DNA of 63,487 nucleotides, the filler included, from Phoronis australis (taxonomy: Eukaryota; Animalia; Phoronida), in NCBI GenBank assembly GCA_002633005.1. It is 10 parts of 10 records of this genome, joined end to end, with 100 filler letters (N's around TTAATTAATTAA, not from the genome) between each part and the next. Parts side by side here need not be neighbours in the genome. Positions count along the whole stretch, not along the records: positions 35,376 to 40,752 come from NMRA01002349.1; positions 40,853 to 46,608 come from NMRA01002277.1; positions 46,709 to 51,606 come from NMRA01002463.1; 7 more parts are not named here. The stretch is one strand, 5' to 3'. The notes under the pieces were generated by a model, which was given only the letters and a program-made list of their open reading frames with translations, was not told where the DNA came from and searched no databases. How positions within the stretch are numbered: position 1 is the first letter of the stretch; every line of letters starts with the position of its first letter. A program made the position numbers and the translations under genes. Shown one piece after another: positions 37,208 to 49,600 of the stretch.

Positions 37208-37309
37208 CTTTTGCTTGAGCAGCCATATCCTCTACTATTGGTCCAATGTACTTATTGTAAAATGAAGCCTCTTCTTCAGTTTCTGACGAATCCCGTTTAC
37301 CAGCGCTCC
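37208..37309 (-). CDS. ARMC2: ARMC2 exon (5th visible)
   Basis: tttcaacag|...AAG|gtacgg, 102 nt, phase 1-1. GSAGKRDSSETEEEASFYNKYIGPIVEDMAAQAK aligns with ARMC2 EVFWNTRIVPILREL. Confidence 0.85.
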
Positions 37310-37413
37310 CTGTTGAAAGAAATAAAACTAATCATTTCACTGTCTATTGAATCGCATCCCTTACCAAAGACATCTCCCCGTAGTTCTGGTTAGATAAGAT
37401 TACATAACTATGA

Positions 37414-37680
37414 CTTCCACTCAAAGCACTATAAGCCCAAAGTTACCCAATACATGTATGATGTAAAACAACTCACCTCTTCCACTCAAAGCACTATAAG
37501 CCCAAAGGTACCCAATACATGTATGATGTAAAACAACTCACCACTTCCACTCAAAGCACTATAAGCCCAAAGTTACCCAATACATGTATGATGTAAAACA
37601 ACTCACCACTTCAACTCAAAGCACTATAAGCCCAAAGTTACCCAACACATGTATGATGTAAAACAACTCACCACTTCCAC
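37414..37680 (-). repeat. 65-bp minisatellite (4 copies), each carrying a copy of an ARMC2 splice donor
   Basis: Unit starts at 37414, 37479, 37544, 37609, 37674. Each contains actcacc (= g|gtgagt on the minus strand). Confidence 0.95.
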
Positions 37681-37721
37681 CTCGACTGTCATAACCACTG
37701 TCTAGTTTACGCCTTATCTCC
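37672..37721 (-). CDS. ARMC2: ARMC2 exon (4th visible)
   Basis: tgttccag|...G|gtgagt, 50 nt, phase 2-1. (K)EIRRKLDSGYDSRGGS; phases join both flanking exons in frame. Confidence 0.75.
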
Positions 37722-37890
37722 CTGGAACATGAAAAATTACAGTTAAATCTTGTCGATGGGTAGCAAACATTGTTAAAAGAAAGTAAATGTTACAAGAATA
37801 TTTTCCACTTTTTCTTCCAATTACAAATGACACAAGTTAACAGAAATAAAAAATTTCAAAAAATACATGAAGAGCGTGTGGTCCACATAC

Positions 37891-38041
37891 TTCCTTATGC
37901 TGATATCATGGAGACTGGCACTGCGCGGTGACATTTCTTGAAGACTTAAATCGGACACCTCATTCAGTGTCTGCGTCCGCTCCTTTGGTCCACTGTGTAC
38001 CCGCCTTGAGTTGCTGTCACTTAGGGATACTACAGCATCAC
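37891..38041 (-). CDS. ARMC2: ARMC2 exon (3rd visible)
   Basis: ttgctag|...AA|gtatgt, 151 nt, phase 1-2. GDAVVSLSDSNSRRVHSGPKERTQTLNEVSDLSLQEMSPRSASLHDISIR; phase-compatible with neighbours. Confidence 0.8.
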
Positions 38042-38339
38042 CTAGCAACATGACAGCATTAGAAACAGTGACATTTAGTAACAAAACTGATCATACCCCT
38101 CATTTTAAATTCCTATACTACCAGTGCTACATTCCCAAGAAAAATGTCAAGATCCACAGAAGATGATAAGTTTGACGGTCCATTGGCTTGACAGCCCACT
38201 CAACTAAGGCCAGCTTGGTTTTAAATTATGTTGTTCAGAAGGTCTACTAGTCTCACATCAAAAGCCAATTAATCCAACAGTCGGGAGACAGAGCTCTCTG
38301 ATTCCATTAACATTTACTGTATATTGGACTCCATCCTAC

Positions 38340-38535
38340 CCTGTGCCTCAGTCTCTTCATTCAGTGAGCCGGAGTAACTGGACACGCGCCTCATACCCTC
38401 TTCCTTCTTGGCACCCCCTTCAACACTGCTCTGGTGTTGGATGCGTGACCGAGAACCTTTCCTTGTGATTGGTCGGTTAGGATCAGGTGGTGGCTTGGGT
38501 ACAATAGACGGTCCATCTGTCGAGGTCCTGGCACC
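38340..38535 (-). CDS. ARMC2: ARMC2 exon (2nd visible)
   Basis: cctgtag|...CAGG|gtagga, 196 nt, phase 0-1. GARTSTDGPSIVPKPPPDPNRPITRKGSRSRIQ... contains the PKPP-x-DP motif of ARMC2. Confidence 0.85.
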
Positions 38536-38866
38536 CTACAGGATCCACGAACAAAGTGATAATTAGCAATGATATGAAAGCTAGTAACAAATCCGACAAG
38601 AAATGAACAAAATTGACTTCTTTTAACTTTTTCCAAAAACAATTTTCTAATACTTTTCATTAGCTTGTCATGGTCAATAAGTTAGATCTTCATTACTTTG
38701 CCATTCTCCATATTGGTTACAGAAAACAAGGAGGGGTTCATAGATCACAGTGTTGTTTTAGACTAGGCAAAATTATTTACAGTAAGAGACTACACATCCA
38801 TACAAAGTGCTTGGCTGAGTTAAAAGAATGCAAAAATAGAGCACACAGTGAGAGGTTATTACTTAC

Positions 38867-38939
38867 TTTGTCAATGGGAGACAGCCTGGTGCCTGACACA
38901 GGTCTGGAGTTGCAGTCTTCAAAGTGTCTGGAGCCAATA
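38867..38939 (-). CDS. ARMC2: ARMC2 exon (1st visible)
   Basis: ttactgcag|...AAA|gtaagt, 73 nt, phase 2-0. IGSRHFEDCNSRPVSGTRLSPIDK matches ARMC2 SRPISGTRLSPLE. Confidence 0.92.
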
Positions 38940-40908
38940 CTGCAGTAAGAAACATAAAGTTAACCATTTGCAGGTTTCTGAGCTAAGTAGAAAACTGGGA
39001 CAAATAGATATCATGTTGTATTATCTCACTTCAGATCTTAGCTCTGTACAAGGAAAATCAGTTTGCAAGAATTAGGATTTCTATCATGATCCCAAGGCAA
39101 CTGGATCAAAAATCCACCTTGCAATTAACGGGATGAAAATCCCAGTTTATAAAGCCAATGAGTGCAATGAAAATGGAGGTCAAAGTTCAACTGTGACGTG
39201 TATCTAGGTCACTTAGCCATTGTCAAGTCATGTAGATTTATTCCTTCTTGGAGAAAGACAAAAGCAGTCAATATCCACAACTAGAGTAAAGTGTCACTAG
39301 AAATGTGTTTGATTCACTCAGGTGCATATTATAAACTTACAAAGCAGCTTGCTCATCTGTTATTGTCAAGCTCCTGACAAATTGAACTTAACGCTTAATA
39401 TTCAGCATAATTCAATGACATGTGTAACCTTATTAGTAAATCTGTGTGTTTAACCAAAAATCTGAGAAACTATAGAATTTAATTCTGTAAATGTATGCGT
39501 TTTCTGGAAATCAAAACACTATAGAATTTGATTTTATACTTTATACCAATCTGTCATTAACTGAGTCATGTGACCACGTCTTTTTAGTAAAATTCAGCAA
39601 AAAAGTAAAGTACACTCATAGCAAAACAACACTATCAAAACACGGCTAAATTTGTTTTGATATAAATGTTCGAGATAATATCTCAAAAATGCTGTAACGT
39701 TACAGTTTCCTGAACTTTTAAAGATACAAAATCTCATCACCTGTCCAGCAATCCAACCATCAATCACTATTCTGAAAATGATGGCAGACCCAGTCGGTCT
39801 AAAACATTCAATTCTACAGTTACTTCTATCTCCATTATGTCATATGAAATTTGTTTCCCTTGTTCCCAAAATTATCGTTTCGCTATCATTTCGTACAACT
39901 TTTGAGTCTACTTGTGACATAAGAATTAAAAATCCTTCCGCATAAGTGAAACGTTAAAAAATCCTAAAAGGATTTTGCAGAACAGCCTATAAAGCATTGG
40001 TCAAGCACCAGAAAGTTTCATTTGCCTACAATCAGTCATTTCTCACATATGTTCTGATTTAGCCAAATTTAGAGATTTTCTGGGGTTACGCGTATCCTTA
40101 AGTAAGGTTAAAGGAAAGTGATAATGTAGTGACTAGTACAAGGCAAAAAGATTTCACAGGCACTTAAAAACAAAAAATGAACAAGTGAACAAAATCAAAA
40201 ACCAGTTTAATTTTATTGTCCTGAACCAACTTGATTTTTGTTCCCCTGAAAGCATAAATTAAGTAGCTATGTAAAACACCATCCATCTTCGATATTTTGA
40301 TGTCTAATATATGCAATACAATGATGTTGATAAAAAATCTGCAAAAACCCCACTTGGATTAAAAAGTAGATTGCCAATGGTCAGCTTCATGAAACTTTTC
40401 TTTAGAAGTTTCATTCCTGTAACGGCATCAGCAGCATTGCTCAACACATGTGTTGCGACATCTGCTGAAAAGATGCCATTGCTATCACGCAAACAGAAAC
40501 TTTCATGAAAATGAGCCTTGGTAAATACAATGTAAAGAATAGCAATAACGTTAGTCAGTAAAATTCACACAAGCCAGATGTACATGAGTCAGACCTTTGC
40601 TAAACTTACCGTACACAAATACCCTGTCCACAAACTGACAAAAACGTTACCTTAAAATCGCCAGCAGCAAAAACAGCAGTGTCACCTTTGTTGGCATTTT
40701 GCTGACATTTAGAGTTGTCCCAAAACTGCTACATTTTGGTCCCTACTTTTGTNNNNNNNNNNNNNNNNNNNNNNNNNNNNNNNNNNNNNNNNNNNNTTAA
40801 TTAATTAANNNNNNNNNNNNNNNNNNNNNNNNNNNNNNNNNNNNNNNNNNNNATCACCTGTGCCTCCAGGCAGTCCGCCCAACGAAATCTGCGTAAGGGC
40901 ATACTCAC

Positions 40909-41150
40909 CCCTTATCGGACTTCACGTTAATCGTATTGTGCATCGGAACACAGAATGGTGTAATAAAGTCGCTCACGTAACTGAGGAAGAAACACGCGCC
41001 AAAGATTGGGTAAAACAGCTTTAAGTGAAGGAAGGCAGATGTAAGCAAAGATCCCTTACATCGAATCCATATTCCACAAAGGAATCCCATCCAGGTAAAA
41101 TTTTCCACTTTCGCCATCCAGATGACCTCCAGTCCAGAAATCACCAGAAT
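40909..41150 (-). other. Exon-like segment, possibly a decayed C-type-lectin-like exon
   Basis: Bounded by ctttcag and gg|gtgagt. One frame is open. Frame-hopping gives DFWTGGHLDGESGKF / TWM / DSFVEY...LCLHL. Confidence 0.25.
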
Positions 41151-41213
41151 CTGAAAGTAAATTAATTTGACGTGGAGATCACACGGTAGGAAGTACCAAA
41201 ATAAGCGTTTTAA

Positions 41214-41892
41214 GGCCCAGTCATACAGTCGATCACGCATGAATCACTCATACAACACGCACAAATTCAATTTGTGCGTGTTTTGATCGTCGACTAAGAA
41301 ATTGACCAAATTTTTCGGGTGTAGAGGTTAGAAATCACTGACAAATAACTGACGAATCACCTACGGCCCACGCACATATCACTTACAATCACTGATGAAT
41401 CACTGACATATCGCGCATATCGACGCATACAAGCCAAAATGATATGATATGTCAGCTAACTATCACTTTTGTAAGTGATTGTCAATGGATGTCAGTGGAA
41501 TGAACGTCATATATGCGTATTTCAAGCGTGATATGAAAGTGGGGCGTCAGTGGACGGACGTGGACGTGCTTGATTTCGAACCAGTTCTGACGCATAAGCA
41601 CTGATGGCAAACGCGTGTCCAGCGCATAATCATGCATACTCGACGCATAAACTACGCACGTCAACTCACGAATTACGCACACCGACGCAGAGTTGTGCGT
41701 TGGAAAATTTTTGAACCGTTCAAAACTCAAAATCGCGCACAAACCCCCCTCAACGCATATCCACTTACATTCACTGATGCTCCACGTTGGTTCCACCGAC
41801 CAATTACGCATACGACGCAAGCTTCACGCATAAGCGAAAATGTGTGCGTGATTCATGAGTGATTCATGCGTAATCGGCTGTGTGACTGGGCC
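41214..41892. mobile_element. Non-autonomous PIF/Harbinger-like MITE (679 bp)
   Basis: Imperfect TIRs of ~50 bp: ggcccagtcatacagtcgatcacgcatgaatcactcat ... atgagtgattcatgcgtaatcggctgtgtgactgggcc. Flanked by TAA and TAG. Confidence 0.8.
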
Positions 41893-42161
41893 TAGAGAAT
41901 AGCACGTTCATGATGTGGGAATTTGTAAAGGCGAGGATGAAAAAATGAGTGTTTGAGGAAAACTATTTTGGAGCCAGGGTAAATCCGAAGAACCCCACCT
42001 TAGACTAATGACAAGACCACTGATATATGTTCACGTACAGATGTGTATATATCTTAAAGTCGTATTCTCTGTACGATGCCGTGGATTTCAGGATTTTGCG
42101 AACAAAATTGTTGAAGTTTCACCGCGTTACGAATCCGGGCTGTGGAATGGGTAGGGCTTAA

Positions 42162-43553
42162 AAGGGAACTGTATTTTATCCTGAATAAATTCTGGATAGT
42201 TTTCTATGAATTGTTGATTAGTTTCACAAATAATTCAACACCAAAAATTAAACTTATGTTCTCTAACGAAGCTCAACAAATTACCGGCTTGGAGCGCTGC
42301 TTAGTCTCGTGACGTATTTGGCGGGGGCAAAGTCACTGTCCTGTGTTAGCGTGCAATCAAGTAGCGTTTTTTGTATTGTCGGAATAAGAAATTTTAGTGT
42401 GAAATTTCGGGTCACAAGGGATACCTGTTTGAGCCGAGGCAACACAAAATGATACCTAGTCATCGTCATCGTCAGACGAAAATTTGCCGGTGTAACTGGT
42501 GTCAGTGACTGTGCCGAGGGCAATGTGGACTCTAGCCATCCAGTCAGCCAGCTGTCAGCCAATACTCCGGCAGCTCTGTAAACTTGAAGGGTTGGTAAGT
42601 TACCGACTGTACCTGTATGAAGACTATCGTACCACTGTGTGTTGAGCTCCGTTAACCCCGAAATTTCAGACAGCCGTTGACTACCCGGGTATAGTTGACT
42701 CAGTTATGCTCGTCACCTCGTCGTAACTTAGGCTACATCAACATATAAAGCTAACGGACCGGCGGGGGCGCATGCAAAATCTGATATAGTCACCCGACAC
42801 TTCCATTGTTCGTTGCAGCCGTTTAAGTGGAAAACAATCAAATAAACGTCCTTTGGTAGCATAATTTGCCGCCTTTTTAACAAAGAAGTGTGTTGTCCGT
42901 TTCAAGAACAGCACGCTCGTGACACGGCGCACGCGCCATTTCATAAAAATTTGAGACGTCTTTCGGGACATCATAACAGCTTCGCAGCACCAAGGTTGTT
43001 CTAAAATTCGGTTTGCTGGTGTAAAAATACTAAAAACTTGAAACAAAATGAAACAAGCTCCGATAATTTGTTATAACATGTACGCANNNNNNNNNNNNNN
43101 NNNNNNNNNNNNNNNNNNNNNNNNNNNNNNNNNNNNNNNNNNNNNNNNNNNNNNNNNNNNNNNNGCTTGGGTAACCCGGCGATGGTATGCGATGACCATC
43201 CCTTTTGAAGACGCCTTTTTCGAAGAGTTTGAGCAACCAGGTGCCATACAAAAAGGCATAGCGAACCTTTTACAGCACTGTGGCAAACAATAAAAAAATA
43301 AGGACGATTGATACAATGATAAATTACGATGTAAACTCTTCAAATATGACATAAGCAATGAATGTGCAAAGCAGCCGATACCCCGCCGTTCACGTCACTG
43401 ACACATCAGCCAATCAGCGATGGCTTTCAGAATTCAGTGTTTTGACCATGAATACGAATTGGCTTTTGTTTGGCACGCAAGTCAGGCAAATGTGAGTTTT
43501 ATTTGTATGTTAGAACCGATTAACTGCAACATTATTTTGACTACAGTCCCCTT
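42162..43553 (-). mobile_element. Kolobok-like DNA transposon derivative with THAP-domain remnant
   Basis: TTAA|aagggaactgta ... tacagtcccctt|TTAA (12-bp TIR, one mismatch, TTAA on both sides). Contains a THAP start and spans a 78-N gap. Confidence 0.7.
43165..43259 (-). pseudogene. THAP zinc-finger N-terminus fragment
   Basis: MPFCMAPGCSNSSKKASSKGMVIAYHR fits the THAP start M-x-x-C-x-A-x-GC-x-N...HR. It runs into the gap. Confidence 0.7.
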
Positions 43554-45247
43554 TTAAGGCGACGGTCTGATCGACCTGTCGGGTTACAGCCGTGTTGTTA
43601 TCAGTTTGACAGTGGCAACCCACTGTTTATATAGTCCTGCTCTCTTATTGTCTGTTTCATCTGATAAGCTCACGTTATCCAGCAATTATGTTGTAAACAG
43701 CACGCCCGATGCTAACCGATATTTAAAAATGTTATTTTGCAGACGACTTTCAACAACTGTTGCGAAGCAGATGTGTTTTGTATGAAATACTTTCACCAAA
43801 AAAAAAACTTCGCCGAATGGAGAAAAACGGTTGACTTTCAGAGAAATTACTCTTAACTTTCAACTGTTGATTCCTTTGTGTGACTATAAGCTCTGACCAG
43901 CGTAACCACATCATTATGTACCAACACACACAGAAGGCGTGCTTGACAGGGGAGCGTGATTATAGCTTACATGGTGACAGTGGAAATTTCATGATTTTTA
44001 CACTCCAGGAGCATGATACGTAATGGATATTTTTATTCTGCCGTCTGCTAAATTCCTCCCAATGAAAAGTAGGTCACAACTGGTGGGACTCCCCGAGAAA
44101 AGTACGAGAGGATAGCACTATTTACGCTTTTCTATGCTGATAATGTTTAGTTTTTGAATCGCCAAAATCGTCCGACTACAACCGATGTTACGACAATCTA
44201 TTCTTTCCGAACGTACCAATTCGCTCTGGGTTTGATCGTGTTCACAAGTGGTCTGTAATAAGCCTGGTAGATAATTGGCCTGCCTATTGCCACTTGTCAT
44301 AACAGACAAAAGACTGCGCTTGGCAGTTAACAAAGGAGCTAGATGTTATCACACGCTTACAACCCTCTACGTCTAGTGAAGTCACTGAACGGGAGAACGC
44401 CGTAATGGACCCTTCCTGTACCGATCAAATCTCTTAATTTTGGAGAGTAGTTTAGTTGAACCCCATCCTACCGGTATATGAATAAAAAATGTACCTCTGC
44501 TGCGAAACAAAACGATGTCCATCAGGTCGAAATAAATAAAAAATAATAAAAATGTCTTTAAAACCAACAGTTTCCGGGGACTACCTTTAGACTACTGCTG
44601 AAATCAGCATTTGACGAGTATTTCAGAAATGCTATTGGTTTATGTTCAAATATGTTATAATTTAATTTTTATTTTTGACAGCAGCACAGCCCCGTCAGGG
44701 TATAGATACGATCTTATTGGAGGTTAGACAATTATCGAACAAAAGAGAGATGGCCCTCTAACCATAAATGCCAGAATGGAGTTAATCAGTCGTGTAAGAT
44801 ATTGGCTACAGGGGTCATCTTCCCAACATGTTGTTGGGCTATAAAACCGAACAAATTGGGATCAACGGGAAAACGCCGTAATGGCATTAGTGTCGAGTGA
44901 AATGGCGGCTTGGAAACGCAGGCGAAGTTGTATCAAGAATGCTGCGCTCTGACTGGTCAGTTGAGCAGTCAGTCATAATCCTGCCGATAGTTCAATTGAA
45001 CTGGCTGCGGCTTAAAGTTGCCATTTTTTGTTTACATCAAAGGTCAAAGGTCACGTTTTCCACATAAGGAAGTGCTCTACGAGATAAGGAGACGTGCAGC
45101 CCAGAATCGACAGTTCTGTTTATTCACATAACCACAAGCTTCCATCGATGTGACAAGATGCGACAGGGTATCCTGACCTACTGACTACTTTGTATCTCTC
45201 ACTTCACTTCATGGATGTCACCTGAATGTATGTTGGCACTTGTTGTC

Positions 45248-46600
45248 CTATGTAAATATCCTGATGATGTCTAACGAATAGACGAAACGTTGATTTATCA
45301 TGAACTTCTTCATTTGTGCGGCGATCGTCCGGTTTTTAATAAAACGGTTTATCCATTCTTTTGGAAACACCCCATTTTTAAAACAGTAGTTGTGTAGCTG
45401 GAACACCGAATCTACCAAGTTTTTGTCAGCATACTTGTAGAACTCAATGTTCACACACAGTTGGTTTTTATTCACGAACAACAGCTACTTTTGCGATGCA
45501 CTATTATTTTGCATGTGTATTTTAAATGTCCAGATTCCGTTTTGTTTACTCTTCACGGTTATCTGCAAGAGAGGTCACGTGATCCCGATGAATCGTTAAG
45601 AACAATAATAATTAGTAGAGCGTCTTGCTTATCGATTAGAGGGTTCCGAAATTTATTCTCGCCTTCATTTTCTAACGGTTTGGTTAAGATCCGTGACTTC
45701 TTGATCACTTATTCCTAGATCACATCATAAAAACATGAACTATACATCCTAGATTGCTATGTTAGTCCAGTGGCAAAACCATCTAATCACCGGTCCGGGA
45801 AATGAAAAATCCAGAAATCTGTAACCATCTTGTGATGGACGCTGAGATTTTTTCCGTGGAGAAGGTTCTTTTTGCAGACTAACAGTCAGTATACATTTGT
45901 GTTTTTCGAGCGACTCAGTGGTATTGTTAAAAAAGTGCCGATATATTTACGGCGTTTCATCATTTTTTATACTGTACAACACGAGCGTGTAGGGATTTTC
46001 CGCTCTCGTCATCTCTTGTCTCCCGTCTCAGAACGTACCCTTCAGCCATGGGGTTGAACGGTCTCCTGGGATCACCCGCCGACATCTTTTTCCCGATAAC
46101 GATCTTCTCAACGCAAAACGTTTCCCATTCTTTACACATTGTTTTTAGATGCTTTACCTCTTTACGGAGTCTTCCAAGGCCGAATTTCACCATTTTATTT
46201 TGTAAATTCTTAGTGAAATAATCGTCCGCACGGTTCCATTATCTAAGTTTCTCCACGGTTCCTTCCGACAAACGGTTTCTTGAATGTTTAACTACGTTGT
46301 GCCTGAAGTAAACAATGTCCTTAGTCTTCCAATTTAACTGCTCCTTCAATAGAACTAAAAACTCGTCAAAATATTCTGTGATCATTACTAAAGAAAACAG
46401 TTACTCTATTTCCCCCACTTTCTCAATAACTCGAGTGTCGTTGTCCAATTCCGTTAAATCTAGGTCGAAGTCAAACATAGTGAAGTCATGAGATGGCACA
46501 CCGTCTTTTTGGTGTTTGCACATGCGCTGTCTTGTATGCTGAATTCTTTTTAAATTACTCACGAAATCCTCGGCCTTGTTGGCAGTCGTCAAATTGAAGC
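45248..46600 (-). mobile_element. Heavily decayed non-LTR retrotransposon fragments
   Basis: IEFYKYADKNLVDSVFQLHNYCFKNGVFPKEW (~45350-45450) resembles the pre-RT domain-0 motif of LINEs. Extension to 46600 is tentative. Confidence 0.4.
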
Positions 46601-49600
46601 AAGTATCGNNNNNNNNNNNNNNNNNNNNNNNNNNNNNNNNNNNNNNNNNNNNTTAATTAATTAANNNNNNNNNNNNNNNNNNNNNNNNNNNNNNNNNNNN
46701 NNNNNNNNAACAGAAGGCAGTAACATAACAGCTTTAAGTAATCAACCAACTGCAACTTCCAAAAAATATTTATATAACCCAATACACAATCTTTTATCAA
46801 TGGTAGTCAGAAAAATTCATGACAGCAATATGAAGAAATTTAAGGACGAATGCAGCACCAACTATTGGTAGTTAGAAACACTAACATGCTACATAACAAA
46901 AAACAAAAGGCTCCACCTCAAATCATGATCTAAAGCTCACAGTGGTCTTCAAAAGATGACACTGCATGGGCCTTTGGGTGTTCAAAACCACCATTTACCT
47001 TGTTTGACCAGTGACTATATTATCGCCATGACTACACCATCCTTTACAGCCTTGCACATCACAACCATGAATTCAACATCTCAAAAACGAGAAAATAGAA
47101 GAAAGGCAACCTTAATTGAAATTTTCTTAGGCCCAGTGACATGAGTGTGACGCATGAACGCACCCAGCGCCAGTGTGTCATGTCCACCAGCACACAAGTT
47201 TCTTGTACAAGTGTATCCGTGCTTCGCTTCGCAGCCAACACAAACACAATGCTTTGCCATTCTTTATACAACCATAAACAGTGAGAACCAGTAGCAGTAT
47301 CTGATGGCATTTCACACAAAATTCATGCTGCGATTGGTTGTCCTGGTTCTACGTAATACGTATTGACCAATAAATGCTCGTAACGCGAAATCGACTTATT
47401 AACATACCGATATTATCAGATAGTTTGCGGGTGTTCTAAATTGACAGCTGATCGACTGGCGGAGTTGTTTTTTTCAGTGTTTTTGACATAACATTGGTGA
47501 TTTTAAGCATTTGAAGAGGTTGATAAAGACAGTCCGACCAGGAATTATAATTCTATTGTCGCTTACTTTACCGGTTATGACCATTTAAATGCAAAACATG
47601 AACTCAGCAGCAATGGCCCAGTTTCAAAACCAAACTGTGTTCCTTTTTGTAAACAACAGTCATATACTTAATATGTCTTTCAGTTTCAAGCATTTTAAAA
47701 TGCCTTAATTCATGGTTTTATGCATTACAAAGGCTTCATAGTCTCGTACTAGTAGCTTACGTTTTACTGGTTTTACATTTTGTAATAACCATTGTACGCG
47801 TAATGTATTATTCATGGGCTGTTTCCATAGAGTTGGTGTCAATGAATATAAATCAATCTTTCTTAATTGAAGAGGCTATCCAGAAAAAAAGTGATTTTCA
47901 TAAAAAATAAGAAATTACATACCGATCGTTTGCAAAAAAATTGTCAACACCATGACTGAACATGACAAAATGTGCATAGTCTACCTACAGCTTACTTTTT
48001 GCAAAAACGTATAAGTTAGGAAATCAACAATTCAAAGAAAATGAATTTTGTCACTGGTTATCAAATCCTCCCAATTGCAATTATACATAAAGATATTTAA
48101 GTCACTGTGCATAAATACATCTTGCAAAGGTCTAAATACTGGCTACAAGAAGAATTCTTAATGTGCGCTACTCCCTATCCGCTTATAGTGCTGATAAAAT
48201 ACACAATTGAGTTCATGGTGTTAGCTAAGTCCAATGTGTTACCCAAATGTTTCCAATCAAACTCAGTATCCCTCAAAAAATGAGCGCCGAGCTGTTAAGC
48301 AGTCTTACTCTTTGAACAATATAAACATGTCAAACAGTGATTGTTCTACTGAAAGGTCAATCAAAAAGGCAACCTGTGTAGTTATGCAAACCATAGCCCT
48401 GAAGGTTGGAAAAAAAAACAACTGCTCCACAATTATAGTTGCAGAAAAATGGCATGATGCCAACATTAACTTCTGGTGTGTAACTGCTCTCGTTGGTTAC
48501 TTGCTGTATAACAATCTTCACTTAATCTCGTCTACAGACGTTTTTTTTTTTGGCAAACTACACAACTCAGGTACAATTCATTTACTCAACTGTCTGGGAA
48601 AATATCACACATCCTGCCAAAGACTAATTCAAGAAGGTGTTTAAGTACACTCAAATGGAAGAATACATTTCAGAAATTATGAATATGAAAAGTTTAACAA
48701 TAGATGGTTCTCTCTGGCTCTTTTCTTGAGTTTACTTGAGTACGCAGGGGACCTTCTAACTTTGTAGGCAGGTCTTGAAATGCACGCATGTGTGTGAGGC
48801 GTGTGTGCGTGTCTTTCGTGTATTGTACATTGATTTTGTGTTTTCAATAAATGAATTGACAAAAAAACACTTTAGGTGAGATGGCAATAGTTCCTTCTCG
48901 TGGACCTGTGATTTTGAATATGGTAAAATTTCTTCATTTAAACCACAATATTGCAGAACAGTGAAAAGTTATTTCAACAAAATTTTCAACAAAAGTCAAT
49001 AGGAAGAACACTTTACTCCCTCATTTCTGGTGTTTATATTGTATAACTGCCATCAACAAAAACACAATCGCATTCAAGCATTTTAACAATACGATTAGGT
49101 TTAGACTGATGAAAAATGACGATTTTGTCAACTATTTTTGTTTGAAATTCGGTAAAATTTACCATACCCCTGATTATCCAGTGGATGAAACTTAAGCTTT
49201 CATAATCAGCGTCTACCAATGGGACTACTACTAGTGGTACTTATTTTATAAATCCTTGAATTCAAGAATAAACTGCAGTTTTGGAATATCTTTTAAATGA
49301 ATTTTTAATTGGCTATACTTCAGTCACATTTACTGTGATTGCTGAGTCAATTCAAATCTGAGAACTCGGCATAGACTAGCTATGGTCTGAATAAAGCGAG
49401 TTGAAGAAGAAATTTCTCATTACATAAATGTAGTGTCCTGTCATCACTTTTCAATACTCGTCTGCAAAAGGAGGGAGGAAAGCTGAATTCACTTGATTTG
49501 TAAAAATTCTTTGATGATCTCCTGCTGTCCTAAGTATGACTTAATTATTTGATCTCGACTGAAATTGAAAAGTTCCCAATATAATTGCGACGGCTCCAGC

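Noticed and set aside
40304-40508. Additional 5' ARMC2 exon
   Set aside because: The expected KTSAEII/RPFTP motifs and compatible splice sites are not present.
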